DNA from: an uncultured Acidobacteriota bacterium
GTDB lineage: Bacteria > Acidobacteriota > Blastocatellia > RBC074
DNA: 64,000 bases
Direction: 5' to 3'
Assembly: GCA_963796275.1 (NCBI GenBank)
Contig: CAWCKY010000006.1
Span: 2,400,001 to 2,464,000 of the forward strand
Shown here: one piece after another, positions 1-10,133 of the stretch
How the letters are laid out: every line of letters begins with the position of its first letter
Numbering within the stretch: the stretch's first letter is position 1
Program-made: the position numbers and the translations under genes
Notes under the pieces: generated by a model
The model's database searches: none
What the model was told of the DNA's origin: nothing
What the model saw: the letters and a program-made list of their open reading frames with translations, nothing else

Positions 1-30
1 GCAAACTGCCGATTGAGTCGACTGGCGCAG

Positions 31-2685
31 TCACTCACTACGCAAAGCCGTCAAAGGGTCGACCTTCGTCGCCCGCCGCGCCGGAATGAAACAGGCTACG
101 AACGCCACAACCAACAACAGCGATGCGATCACGCCAAACGTCAGCGGGTCGGTCGCGCTCACACCGAACAACAAGGCTTTCATCAACCCCGTCAGCGCAA
201 AAGAAGCGAGCAATCCGAGCCCTATGCCCACGAGCGTTAACCTCATTCCTCGTTGCACGACAAACCGCAACACGTCGTCGACCTGTGCACCCAACGCCAA
301 ACGAACGCCGATTTCCGTGGTGTGCTGCGCTACGAAATGAGAGAGCACGCCATATATCCCGACCGCCGCCAGCAACAAAGCCAGACCTGCATAAGTTGTG
401 AGCAGTACCATTCGCAAACGGCGTTGGACAATCAGTTCATCGATACGTGCTTGCATCGTACGGATATCAGCGGTTGGTAAGTTGGGGTCGATCAATTGAA
501 TGGTCTGGCGCGCCGCCGATGCAAGTCTCAGCGGATCGTTGGCAGTGCGGACGATCAAATAGCTCGGAATTGAAGAGGAATTATAGAAAGCTTGAGCGTG
601 CGGCAAGTACAGCTCCGGGCGGATGTCGTCTTCCAGCCCTCTGTGTTTGACATCACCGGCGATGCCAATGATGGTGAGAAGCTGTGGTGCAGATCTTCCC
701 TGATAATCCTCATCAATCGAGAAGCGTTTTCCCAACGGGTTTTCTTGCGGCCAGAAACGACGCGCCATCGTTTCGTTGATGATGGCAACGGGCTCTGTCT
801 GCAACGTGTCGCGTTCATCAAATGCGCGTCCCTCCCGAAGCGGGATGCCGAGCGTTGTGAAATAGTCAGAGCTGATCTGGCGATGGCCTGCCTCCAGCGC
901 CACGCCAGCCTGAGCCGGATGGCCTTCAATAGCGACCGTGTAAATGCCGCCCAGACCCGCCATCGGCAGGCTGCTTGTGTAAGCGGCGGAAACGACGCCG
1001 GGCAGGGCGCGTACGCGTTCGAGCGTCTGCCGGAAAAAGTTCGTGCGCTTCGCGATATCCTCGTAACGCGCGCGTGGCAAGCGTGTCTGCAACGTCAATA
1101 AGCTCTCGGCGCGAAAACCGACATCGATCTGGCGCAAATGGAAAAATGTCCGAACCAACAACCCTGCGCCGATCAGCAAGACCAGGGCCAATGCTACTTC
1201 GACTACCACCAGCGCATTTTGCATCCGGCGATGTCCTGCGCCTGTGCGCGCGCCGCCTTGCTTCAGTGCTTCATTGACATCCAATTGCGTCGCCTGCCAC
1301 GCGGGTGCAAGTCCGAAAAGCACCCCCGTCAATACTGACAGACCCAGCGTGAAGACGAGCACTTGCCCGTTCAATCCCAGGGTCGCAATGCCTATCAATT
1401 CCGGCGGTATCAACTGTCGTAAAACGGCAAAACTCCAGACGGCCACCAGCAGACCGCACACGCCGCCGGTTCCGGCGAGTAGCACGCTTTCCGTCAGTGA
1501 CTGACGCACGATTCGCCAGCGACCCGCGCCGAGCGCCACCCGCACGGCGAACTCTTTGCGACGCGAGGCGGAGCGCGCAAGCAGAAGATTCGCCAGATTC
1601 GCGCAAGCGATCAGCAAGACCAACCCTACGGCCGCCAACAACACCAGTAACGGACGGCGGACATTCCCAGTCAAGTGATCGTGCAGAGGCTGAACGATAG
1701 CGCTGAGTTTGCCCGCTTCGGCCGGATGCTCCCGCGCGATCCGTTGCATCAGCGTTTTGATTTCAGCCTGCGCCATCGCCTCGGTGATGCCCGGTTTCAA
1801 GCGCGCCAGCACGGTCAGGTAATGCCCGGCGCGATAGGCCCGCAGTTGAGGGCTGAATCCTGCGGGCGCCCAAAAACTGGCGTCTGGATTGAGAAACCGG
1901 AAGTCCGCCGGCAGTACCCCGATGACGGTAAACCTCTCGTCATTGAGAATCAGCTCTTTCCCCACTACATCCGCCGTGCCGCCGAACTGCCGGAGCCAAA
2001 GTTCATGGCTGATCAGTAGAACTTTGTTGGCGCCGCGCAAGTACTCGCCGGGCAGGAAGACGCGACCGAGGGGCGGCCTGACGCCGAGGATATCCAGCGC
2101 TTCTCCATCCAACACAGCGAAGCCTTTCAATTTTTCCGGGCCGCCCTCGCCAGTCAGATTCATCTCGCTACCGCTCAACGCCGACATCCGCTCGAAAACC
2201 GTCTGTTGCGCCTTCAGATCGAAATAATTGCCCGGTGCTACGCGTTGCTTGGCTTCTCCATCAGAAGGCGCTTCCTCCCAAATCGTCATGATCTGTTCCG
2301 GCTGTGGAAATGGGAGTGCGCGCAATAATACGGCATTGACAAGAGTGAAGATCGCCGTATTCGCGCCGATCCCCATAGCCAGTGTGAGGACGGCAATAAA
2401 GGTGAAGCCGGGTTGTTTAAGCATGATTTGCGTGCCATAGCGCAAGTCTTGCCACAAATCCTCAATCCACCTAACGCCGCGGGCGTCGCGGCTCAGTTCC
2501 TTCGCCTGCTCCACCCCTCCAAAGGCTTGGCGGGCTGCACATCGCGCCTCCTCCGGATTCATTTTCAGGCGGATGTTCTGTTCGGTTTGCCTATCGATGT
2601 GGTGGCGCAGTTCCTCGTCCAGATCGCGCTCTGCTCGCGATCTGCGCAGTAGCGTCCGCAGTGCCATCTTTATTCTATTCAGCAT
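31..2685 (-). CDS. ADOP-type duplicated ABC permease (MacB/FtsX-like, Acidobacterial)
   Basis: 884 aa. Has the N-terminal 'DLDEELRHHI...ARQAFGG' prefix, 'LAMGIGANTAIF', and two MacB-PCD/FtsX repeats ('LLIACANLANLLLAR..RRKEFAVRVALGA' and 'EIGVRLALGA'). Ends 'DPLTALRSE'. Confidence 0.93.
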   Translation of the reverse strand: MLNRIKMALRTLLRRSRAERDLDEELRHHIDRQTEQNIRLKMNPEEARCAARQAFGGVEQAKELSRDARGVRWIEDLWQDLRYGTQIMLKQPGFTFIAVLTLAMGIGANTAIFTLVNAVLLRALPFPQPEQIMTIWEEAPSDGEAKQRVAPGNYFDLKAQQTVFERMSALSGSEMNLTGEGGPEKLKGFAVLDGEALDILGVRPPLGRVFLPGEYLRGANKVLLISHELWLRQFGGTADVVGKELILNDERFTVIGVLPADFRFLNPDASFWAPAGFSPQLRAYRAGHYLTVLARLKPGITEAMAQAEIKTLMQRIAREHPAEAGKLSAIVQPLHDHLTGNVRRPLLVLLAAVGLVLLIACANLANLLLARSASRRKEFAVRVALGAGRWRIVRQSLTESVLLAGTGGVCGLLVAVWSFAVLRQLIPPELIGIATLGLNGQVLVFTLGLSVLTGVLFGLAPAWQATQLDVNEALKQGGARTGAGHRRMQNALVVVEVALALVLLIGAGLLVRTFFHLRQIDVGFRAESLLTLQTRLPRARYEDIAKRTNFFRQTLERVRALPGVVSAAYTSSLPMAGLGGIYTVAIEGHPAQAGVALEAGHRQISSDYFTTLGIPLREGRAFDERDTLQTEPVAIINETMARRFWPQENPLGKRFSIDEDYQGRSAPQLLTIIGIAGDVKHRGLEDDIRPELYLPHAQAFYNSSSIPSYLIVRTANDPLRLASAARQTIQLIDPNLPTADIRTMQARIDELIVQRRLRMVLLTTYAGLALLLAAVGIYGVLSHFVAQHTTEIGVRLALGAQVDDVLRFVVQRGMRLTLVGIGLGLLASFALTGLMKALLFGVSATDPLTFGVIASLLLVVAFVACFIPARRATKVDPLTALRSE

Positions 2686-2707
2686 ACGGTCCCCTAATTC
2701 TGTCAGA

Positions 2708-2806
2708 TCATGCGTCGCGCAAGATCAGCTCGACTGCATGCCGCAGCGCTCGCAATCTCGGCAGGTCGGGCATCCCTTGCAACATATTGGTTTTCTTTTT
2801 CTTCAT
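2708..2806 (-). pseudogene. padR: Internally deleted PadR-family regulator relic (32 aa)
   Basis: ATG 2806 follows GAGAGG. MKKKKTNMLQGMPDL resembles the Acidobacterial PadR N-terminus (xLLQGTLD). LRHAVELILRDA resembles its C-terminus. It sits at the canonical position directly upstream of an ADOP permease. Confidence 0.7.
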
Positions 2807-2810
2807 GTGT

Positions 2811-2831
2811 CCTCTCGTTTTTCGATAGAGG
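2811..2831. promoter_or_regulatory. Putative PadR operator palindrome overlapping the RBS
   Basis: CCTCT-CGTTTTTCGAT-AGAGG inverted repeat immediately upstream of the padR relic start. Confidence 0.5.
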
Positions 2832-3654
2832 CGAGGGTAAAGGCTGACCAATCGGCTGTCAATAGGTAGCCGGATGGGAATGGGAGATTCAAGCAGCATG
2901 AATCCGACCGCTCCCAATGTCTTTGCCACCGCTTCGACCAATAACCGGCGTCTCTGGTAGATGAAAGAGAGATTACGGGCCACAATTTTATAGAAAAACA
3001 TTTAAGCGCTGGTCGAGATTTCAATATGACCTCGATCCTCTTCTTCGCGGCTTCCTGACTCAGCCTGGCCCGTTCGGGCCGACGATCAGAAGGCTCGGCA
3101 TGCTGATGTGCCTCGATCATCGGTGGTCGAATCCGTCAAGGGTATCGAAAAGCAGTGGAAGCACATCGCCTCGACAACAGCCCCGTTCAAAGAACGATTT
3201 GTGGCTGAGATCGAGGTGGGCGCCTCTTATTGGTCTCAGAAAGAGGTGAACTTTGGCAAAGCAGTAGCCGCCAATCGTTTAATAAGCTGCGCGAAGCGGA
3301 CGAAATCGCTCCCGACGGTAACAGCCTGATAGTTTTGGATACTGATCAGCGTCAGATATGGCTCCGGTGGGATTCAACCGATAAAATAGCCGCAGACCAA
3401 CACCTGCGTCTGATTAAGGGTGCTGGAAATGAGCCTTCTGAGCGTGTCCTGAGAGCATCGAGAAGCTTTCAGGTGCAAAGCCATCGTTGAAGAAGTAGCT
3501 CTATGCGCCACTCGCATCATTCCAAGTAACTACATCGAGTGGCTAGATAATCCAAAATAACAACTAATTCTTCACACTAAACCGGAGCACCCAAAACGGG
3601 GCAGGCGTTAGTCTGTCCGCTACCTGACTAGCGTGGTCGATGGAAAGGAAAGAG

Positions 3655-3861
3655 ATGGAAACTGGCTGCCTAAAATTTCGATGCGCTTCAGGGACCGCTC
3701 TTTTTCGGCGCGACTATCTCCCGACCATCGCCGTGGTATCTCTCGTTCTCCTGGCAGCGGCCGTCCTGGCATGTTCTGTTCCCACGCGTCGCGCGGCGAA
3801 TGTCGATCGGCTCGTGGTTTGCGAAAGGAATAGGGCGGGATGTCTTACACTCTTTCCGTGA
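3655..3861 (+). pseudogene. Short ORF with lipoprotein-like signal, probable gene relic
   Basis: AAAGGAAAGAG precedes the ATG. Hydrophobic stretch IAVVSLVLLAAAVLA-C (lipobox-like), then no recognisable domain. Confidence 0.3.
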
Positions 3862-3905
3862 TGATATAGCCGGCGTCGCCCACGATCGCATAATGATAAA
3901 TAGCA

Positions 3906-5111
3906 ATGCGTAAGCTTCAACTTCTGGCAGCGATATCTATTCTCTTGGTGGCGCCGTTGGCCGGACAGGAATCTATCATCGTCATTCGGACGGGGATGCT
4001 GCTTGATGGAAAAGGCGGCGCTCAGCGCAACGTGAACATTGTTGTTAAAGGAACGAAGATCGTGAAGATCGCTTCGCAAACGGGCACCCCAACCTACGAT
4101 CTGCGAACGCTCACTGTTTTGCCGGGGTTGATTGATACGCACGTTCACATCAGCTATCACTTCGGCCAGGATGGGCGAGCGAGCTCTCGCGGCGAGACCC
4201 CGGCGCAAGAGGCGTATTACACGGCGGAGAACGCTTACGCGACTTTGATGGCTGGGTTCACCACAGTGCAGAGTGTCGGAGCGGCCTCGGATGTCCCGCT
4301 GCGGGAAGCCATAGCGCGCGGAGCCCTACCCGGCCCGCGCATTCTCACTTCGATACGTAGTCTCAATGAAAATAGCGGGACACCTGACCAACTCCGCGAA
4401 CTTGTCCGCAAGTTAAAGCAGGAAGGCGCGGATGTCGTGAAGATCTTCGCGTCAAAGAGCATCCGAGATGGCGGGGCTCAGACGATGACGGACGAACAAC
4501 TCATGGCGGTTTGCCGTGAAGCGAGGGCGCAGGGACTGCGGACGATGGTTAATGCTCATGCCGCCGGAGCGATCAAAGCAGCCGTCCGCGCGGGTTGCGG
4601 GCAAATCGAGCACGGGATATTCGTGGACGACGAAGCCCTTGAGCTGATGGCTGAACGTGGCGTCTATTTCGATCCGAACATAGGTCTCGTCCTTCAAAAT
4701 TATCTGCGCAACAAATCCAGGTTTCTTGGCATCGGCAACTACACCGAAGACGGTTTCGCCCACATGGAGAAGGCTGTCGCGCTCAACAATGCGATGATCA
4801 AAAAAGCCGTCGCCACGCCCGGGCTGAAACTCGTTTTGGGAACCGACGCCGTCGCGGGCGCGCACGGGCGGAATGCTGACGAGCTAATTGCGCGCGTTCG
4901 CGAAGGCGGTCAGAAGCCTCTGGATGCGATCACCTCGGCAACATCGCTGGCTGCGAAATCGCTCAATCTGGAAAACAGCATCGGCACGCTAGCCCAGGGA
5001 TTTGAAGCCGATCTGATCGCCGTTGATGGCGACCCGACGCGTAACATCACCGCCCTGACGCGTGTCGTCTTCGTGATGAAGGGCGGCAGGGTATATAAAA
5101 ACGCGCATTAA
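3906..5111 (+). CDS. Secreted metal-dependent amidohydrolase (prolidase/Xaa-Pro dipeptidase-like)
   Basis: Signal peptide; PGLIDTHVH (HxH), GFTTV, VVKIFAS, IEHG, GTDA, ADLIAVDGDP, VMKGG. Confidence 0.9.
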   Translation: MRKLQLLAAISILLVAPLAGQESIIVIRTGMLLDGKGGAQRNVNIVVKGTKIVKIASQTGTPTYDLRTLTVLPGLIDTHVHISYHFGQDGRASSRGETPAQEAYYTAENAYATLMAGFTTVQSVGAASDVPLREAIARGALPGPRILTSIRSLNENSGTPDQLRELVRKLKQEGADVVKIFASKSIRDGGAQTMTDEQLMAVCREARAQGLRTMVNAHAAGAIKAAVRAGCGQIEHGIFVDDEALELMAERGVYFDPNIGLVLQNYLRNKSRFLGIGNYTEDGFAHMEKAVALNNAMIKKAVATPGLKLVLGTDAVAGAHGRNADELIARVREGGQKPLDAITSATSLAAKSLNLENSIGTLAQGFEADLIAVDGDPTRNITALTRVVFVMKGGRVYKNAH

Positions 5112-5117
5112 ATGAAA

Positions 5118-6423
5118 ATGAAACCAATCGAGCTTCATTACAACGAAACCGGGTATCTCGAGTGCGAAAATATTTCTTTTCGCCTGTTGCACGCTTCTAA
5201 TCTGTACCGTGAGTGCTCGGAGCCAATATGTTTCCGTCGATACTTACACGCGCTACGAGTTGCTCGCACCAGAAACCAATAGTTTCCGTATCTTTTACGA
5301 AGTAACCGAGACCACGCCCGGGGCGGCGTTTCATTTCAACATCATCCGGCCCGGGAGCGAAGCCTCGGATGAATCGGTCTATGATCTGGCCACAAGCAAG
5401 CCCCTCAAGTTTGAGGTCGTCACCGGCGCACAGGCCAAAACCGATTCACCCAAGCGAAATTTCAATCCCACGGCTCAGTACATCAAAGTACACCTCGCGC
5501 ATCCTGTCCCGGCGCGAGGCGAATACCGGTTGCGCATCGATAAAACTTACAAAGATAAACAGAGCTATTATGCCGACGGCGACCGCATCGTCTTCAAACG
5601 TGGGCTGGGCATTCCGCGAAACAGCGTTGTCTTGCCTGCCGGCTACGAGATCGTCTCGTCGTCTGTTGCGGCGCAAGCAATCCCGGAACCGGATGGCCGG
5701 CTTAATCTCGCCTTCGTCAACCCTGGGAGCGGCGGCCAGTTGGAAGTAGAGATAGTCGCGCGCCGGCTGCCAGTTTCCACTGCTAAACCCGAAAAGCAAG
5801 TCGCAGGGAAAACCGGTTCTCCCTCTGGGCAACCAACTGCGGCGACAAAAAGTATGGCGATCATCGAGCGGGCCAACCAGGATCGTGAGATTCTCTACGA
5901 ACTTTCCGATCCCTCCACGCACGCCTTCCGCATAACGCACGATTACACCGAACGTCGGGAAGGTGTTAAGCATTATTTCAATGTCGTACGTACGGGCAGT
6001 CGCGTCTCCGATCCGGAGAGCATCGACCTCGATAGCGGTGAGAATCTGAAATGGGACACCCTCAAGGGCAAGCAAATAAAAGAGCGCAAGCTGCCCCTGC
6101 CTGACGTAAAAGATGATGCCGAAGTGGTCGTCACATTCTTTACGCAGCCTGTGGCCAATGGTGCTTCGGTGCGATTGCGGCTCAAAGAGACATACACCGA
6201 TCCGAAGAGCTATTACCTCGATGGGGACGAACTGATCTGGGATCGAACCTTCGGCCGGTTGCGCAACACGGTCGTGCTGCCGCCGGGTTGGTATCTGGCG
6301 GCGCTCGAATCGCCCGCAACGATTCAAACGCTATCTGATGGACGCGTGTCGGTCTATATCATCAATACTCGCAATGATGATGTGCGGGTCTATCTGCGTG
6401 CCCGCCGCCGTGCCGCTCGTTGA
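5118..6423 (+). CDS. Secreted hypothetical protein with two tandem homologous domains; start appears frameshifted
   Basis: The ORF from 5209 extends upstream in frame through a signal-like stretch (SAKIFLFACCTLLICTVSARSQ) to a TGA at 5119. The ATG at 5118 is one base out of frame. The two halves align (YELLAPETNSFRIFYEVTE vs YELSDPSTHAFRITHDYTE; RNSVVLPAGY vs RNTVVLPPGW). Confidence 0.8.
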
Positions 6424-6883
6424 TCAGGATATTCAGCATCACGACCTTCTTTGGGTTCACGCGGGGATCGTTGTTTGGATCATCCGACGTAATCATTCGG
6501 CCTTCACTCACACGGCAGCGCGATGATTGGGCATTCGAACAATACTGTCACCATCTCTTGAAAGAACTGATATAGACGCAATCGCTCACAGAACGCTCGG
6601 GCGGCTCTCTGACGAACACGTTTAAGAAAAAGAACTGGCAGCACTGCTGATGGAGGAGGGCTTCACTGAACTCGGAACGTATCAGACGCAGTGTCATCCC
6701 GACAAGTTCGAGTTTTTCGTCTCGGCGCTTAGCGGTTCGCCGGGCGCCCGTGAGCAACACCTGCGGCGCCTTTTGATTTTCATAAGTTTCAGGGGAATGC
6801 AGTGAATGAAGACGTTTCTGCAATCGGTGCAAATTCCCAACATCGAGGCGTCCAAAATTTGCCACTGAACGACCGATAAAACG

Positions 6884-8362
6884 ATGAACAAAATTTGGAT
6901 GAGTTGTCTGCTACTCCTGGGGATGAGTCACGCGGTGTTGGCGCAGACTGGCAAGTCGTCTGACGCAAAACCGCCCAATTATCTTTTCATCGCGATAGAT
7001 GATTTGAATGATTGGGTCGGGTGTTTGGGCGGGCATCCACAGGTTAAGACGCCAAACATTGACAGGCTCGCAGCGCGTGGGACGCTCTTTGCCAACGCGC
7101 ACACCCAGGCTCCGCTCTGCAACCCGTCGCGCGTCAGCTTGCTCACCGGGATGCGCCCTTCGACGACCGGCGTTTACGCGCTGCAACCGAAGTTACGAAA
7201 TGTGGCGTCGCTGAAGGATGCGACGACGTTGCCGCAGACGCTTCAGGGTAGCGGTTACCGCACGCTGGGAGCAGGCAAAATCTTCCATGACAGCATGTCG
7301 GCGGCCGAACTCGCGCGCGAATTCGACGAGTGGGGCGAGGTCGAAAGGTATAAAAACGCGCCAGCTGGAAAATTCGTCATGACGCCCGACAAGAACAAGC
7401 TGATGGATTGGGGGCCATTCCCTGAAAAGGACTCCGATCACGATGACTGGAAGGTCGCCGATTGGGCGATCGAGCAGCTCAAGACAAAACCTCCGCAGCC
7501 TTTCTTTCTGGCCGTGGGACTGCGGCTGCCGCACGTGCCGCTTTATGCGCCGCAAAAGTGGTTCGATCTTTATCCCGATGACAAATTGGCGATGCCGCCG
7601 ATCAAAGCCGGCGACCGAGCCGACACGCCCGAATTCGCCTGGTATTTGCACTGGAAACTTCCCGAGCCTCGCCTGTCGTGGTTGCAGACAAATAATCAGT
7701 GGCGGCCGATGGTACGCGGATATCTGGCGACGATCAGTTTTATGGACGCGCAGGTCGGGCGGTTGCTCTCCGCGCTGGAAGCGAGCGGTTTGAATGACAA
7801 CACCATCGTCATCCTGTGGTCTGATCATGGATGGCATCTAGGCGAGAAGGGAATCAGCGGCAAGAACTCGCTCTGGGAACGCTCGACTCGTGTTCCGCTC
7901 GTTTTTGCGGGGCCGGGCATAGCCCGCGGCGCGCGCTGCGACCGGCCGGTTGAATTGCTCGACCTCTACCCTACGCTGCTGGAATTGAGCGGCTTGCCGC
8001 CGAAAGATGGGCTTGAAGGCCACAGCCTGGCGCCACTGCTTAAAAAGGCCAGCGCTAAGCGCGCCTGGCCCGCGATCTCGACGCACAACCGCGATAATCA
8101 CACGGTGCGAAGCGAGCGTTGGCGATACATCCGCTACGCTGACGGTTCCGAAGAACTTTACGATCACCGCCGCGACCCGAATGAATGGACGAACCTGGCG
8201 CGCGATCCGAGCTATGTCAGAGTGATCGCCGAGCACCGGCGTTGGTTGCCAAAAGTAAACGCTCCACCGGTCGCGGGCAGCGCGGTCCGGCTTCTAGTCA
8301 ATGAAAACGGCGTGTGGATGTGGGAAGGGAAGCCGATTCGCCAAGCAGACAAAGAGCCTTGA
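6884..8362 (+). CDS. Sulfatase (S1, iduronate-2/choline-sulfatase-like)
   Basis: Signal peptide; IAIDDLN, CNPSR formylglycine motif, GKIFH, SDHGWHLGEK. Confidence 0.95.
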   Translation: MNKIWMSCLLLLGMSHAVLAQTGKSSDAKPPNYLFIAIDDLNDWVGCLGGHPQVKTPNIDRLAARGTLFANAHTQAPLCNPSRVSLLTGMRPSTTGVYALQPKLRNVASLKDATTLPQTLQGSGYRTLGAGKIFHDSMSAAELAREFDEWGEVERYKNAPAGKFVMTPDKNKLMDWGPFPEKDSDHDDWKVADWAIEQLKTKPPQPFFLAVGLRLPHVPLYAPQKWFDLYPDDKLAMPPIKAGDRADTPEFAWYLHWKLPEPRLSWLQTNNQWRPMVRGYLATISFMDAQVGRLLSALEASGLNDNTIVILWSDHGWHLGEKGISGKNSLWERSTRVPLVFAGPGIARGARCDRPVELLDLYPTLLELSGLPPKDGLEGHSLAPLLKKASAKRAWPAISTHNRDNHTVRSERWRYIRYADGSEELYDHRRDPNEWTNLARDPSYVRVIAEHRRWLPKVNAPPVAGSAVRLLVNENGVWMWEGKPIRQADKEP

Positions 8363-8654
8363 GGAATAGCGACGAGACATGCGATTAAATCGGCTCGCGG
8401 CCCGGAAACACCAAGTAGGGCTGTTGGTCAATATTTTCATGGGCGCGACCTTGAAATCGGCTGCGTATCCTGACTGCGTCACATAAGGAAAAATCGGTGC
8501 GACAGCTGTAATTAGTGGATGGATCGAGGCAAGAGTTATAAAATCTCGACCGCGATTCACACGGAAGCAAATAATCAATCAATTCACAACCCAAACGCGC
8601 AGCCGCCATATTAAGAGACTGTGGCAAGGCGACAAGCGCTGGCGAGGTGATGCA

Positions 8655-10133
8655 ATGGTGAAAACAATCTTTCTGGTGCTCTGCGCGGCGGTCGCGGTAA
8701 TTCCGCTTGATGCGACGGGACAACGCACGCCAATACGCAAGCCCAACATCCTGTTCCTCTTTGCCGACGATATGCGTGCCGACACCATCGCAGCGCACGG
8801 CAACCCGCACATCAGAACGCCGAACCTGGACGGTCTTGTCCGCAGGGGCTTCAGCTTCCGCGGCAATTACATTTTTGGAGGGAACAGCGGCGCAGTCTGC
8901 GTCCCGAGCCGGGCGATGCTGATGAGCGGCAAGACCTGGTTCAAAGTGGATGCGCCAACGCTCAACGGGGCGCGATTGGCGCCGGAAGTGCTGGGGGAAA
9001 ACGGCTACGCCACATTCGCCACGGGCAAATGGCACAACGGCCAGCCCTCGTGGCTGCGCGCCTTTCAGAGTGGAAAAGCCGTGATGTTCGGCGGGATGTC
9101 GGATCATACAAAAGTCCCGGTGCGAGACCTCGGCCCTGACGGCAAGCTGACGGAAGTTCGCACGGGCGCAAAGTTTTCCAGTGAGATGTTCGCTGACGCC
9201 GCGATCGAGTTTTTGCAAAGCCACGACGCCCGCAACCCGTTCTTCGCATACATCGCCTTCACCGCGCCACACGATCCTCGGCAACCGCCCGCGGCATATC
9301 GTGAAATGTATTATCGAAACCTGCCGCCCGTTCCCGCGAACTTTCTGCCACAGCTTCCATTTGACAACGGCGCGATGCGCGGCGGCCGCGATGAGAACCT
9401 GGGCGCCTGGCCGCGAACCGAGGCGATGATTCGCGATCAACTGGCCGAGTATTACGGAATGATAACGCATATGGACGAGCAGATCGGGCGGATTCTCGCG
9501 GCGCTCGAAAAATCCGGCCAGGCCAGAAACACGATCATTATCTTCGCCGCCGATAACGGGCTCGCCCTCGGCAGTCACGGTTTGTTGGGCAAGCAAAGCG
9601 TCTTCGAGCACAGCATGCGCGTTCCACTGATCCTCGTCGGCCCTGGCATCCCGCGCGGGAAATCCACGCGGGCGTTCACTTACCTGATCGACGTTTTCCC
9701 GACCCTTTGTGACGTGACCGGAATCGCGCCTCCATCGGGGTTGGAAGGCGAGAGCTTGCGTCCATTGTGGGAAGGCAAAAAAGCCAGCGTGCGTGATTCG
9801 GTTTTTCTGCCGTACATCGAGATTCAACGCGCGGTGCGAGATGAACGCTGGAAACTGATCGCTTATCCGAAGATCGGCCACTTGCAATTGTTCGATTTGC
9901 AAACCGATCCGCACGAGACGACCAATTTGATTGATCGTCCGCAATCCGCCAAACACGTCTCGCGCTTGATGGGGTTGATGAAACATTGGCAGGCGCGGGT
10001 CGGCGATACCCTCGAACTTCCCACGGAAAACAGACAACCACCCGGAATTGACCTGAAGGGGCGAGAGCGTAAGCCCGACCAATGGCAACCGGAATGGATC
10101 GTGAAAAAGTATTTTGGAGACTCCTCTCAATGA
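8655..10133 (+). CDS. Sulfatase (S1, choline-sulfatase-like)
   Basis: PNILFLFADD, CVPSR, GKWH, PHDP, DNGLALGSHG. Confidence 0.95.
   Translation: MVKTIFLVLCAAVAVIPLDATGQRTPIRKPNILFLFADDMRADTIAAHGNPHIRTPNLDGLVRRGFSFRGNYIFGGNSGAVCVPSRAMLMSGKTWFKVDAPTLNGARLAPEVLGENGYATFATGKWHNGQPSWLRAFQSGKAVMFGGMSDHTKVPVRDLGPDGKLTEVRTGAKFSSEMFADAAIEFLQSHDARNPFFAYIAFTAPHDPRQPPAAYREMYYRNLPPVPANFLPQLPFDNGAMRGGRDENLGAWPRTEAMIRDQLAEYYGMITHMDEQIGRILAALEKSGQARNTIIIFAADNGLALGSHGLLGKQSVFEHSMRVPLILVGPGIPRGKSTRAFTYLIDVFPTLCDVTGIAPPSGLEGESLRPLWEGKKASVRDSVFLPYIEIQRAVRDERWKLIAYPKIGHLQLFDLQTDPHETTNLIDRPQSAKHVSRLMGLMKHWQARVGDTLELPTENRQPPGIDLKGRERKPDQWQPEWIVKKYFGDSSQ

Noticed and set aside
2840-3500. Short ORFs between the padR relic and the amidohydrolase
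   Set aside because: No recognisable motif, RBS or consistent frame; probably decayed DNA.
6540-6646. Possible additional MITE (CAATACTGTCA...TGGCAGCACTG)
   Set aside because: Only 8 of 11 terminal bases match, with no TSD and no clear internal palindrome.
6650-6880. Possible riboswitch or ncRNA upstream of the first sulfatase
   Set aside because: The GC-rich segment lacks any conserved motif I can recognise; an Infernal/Rfam scan would be needed.
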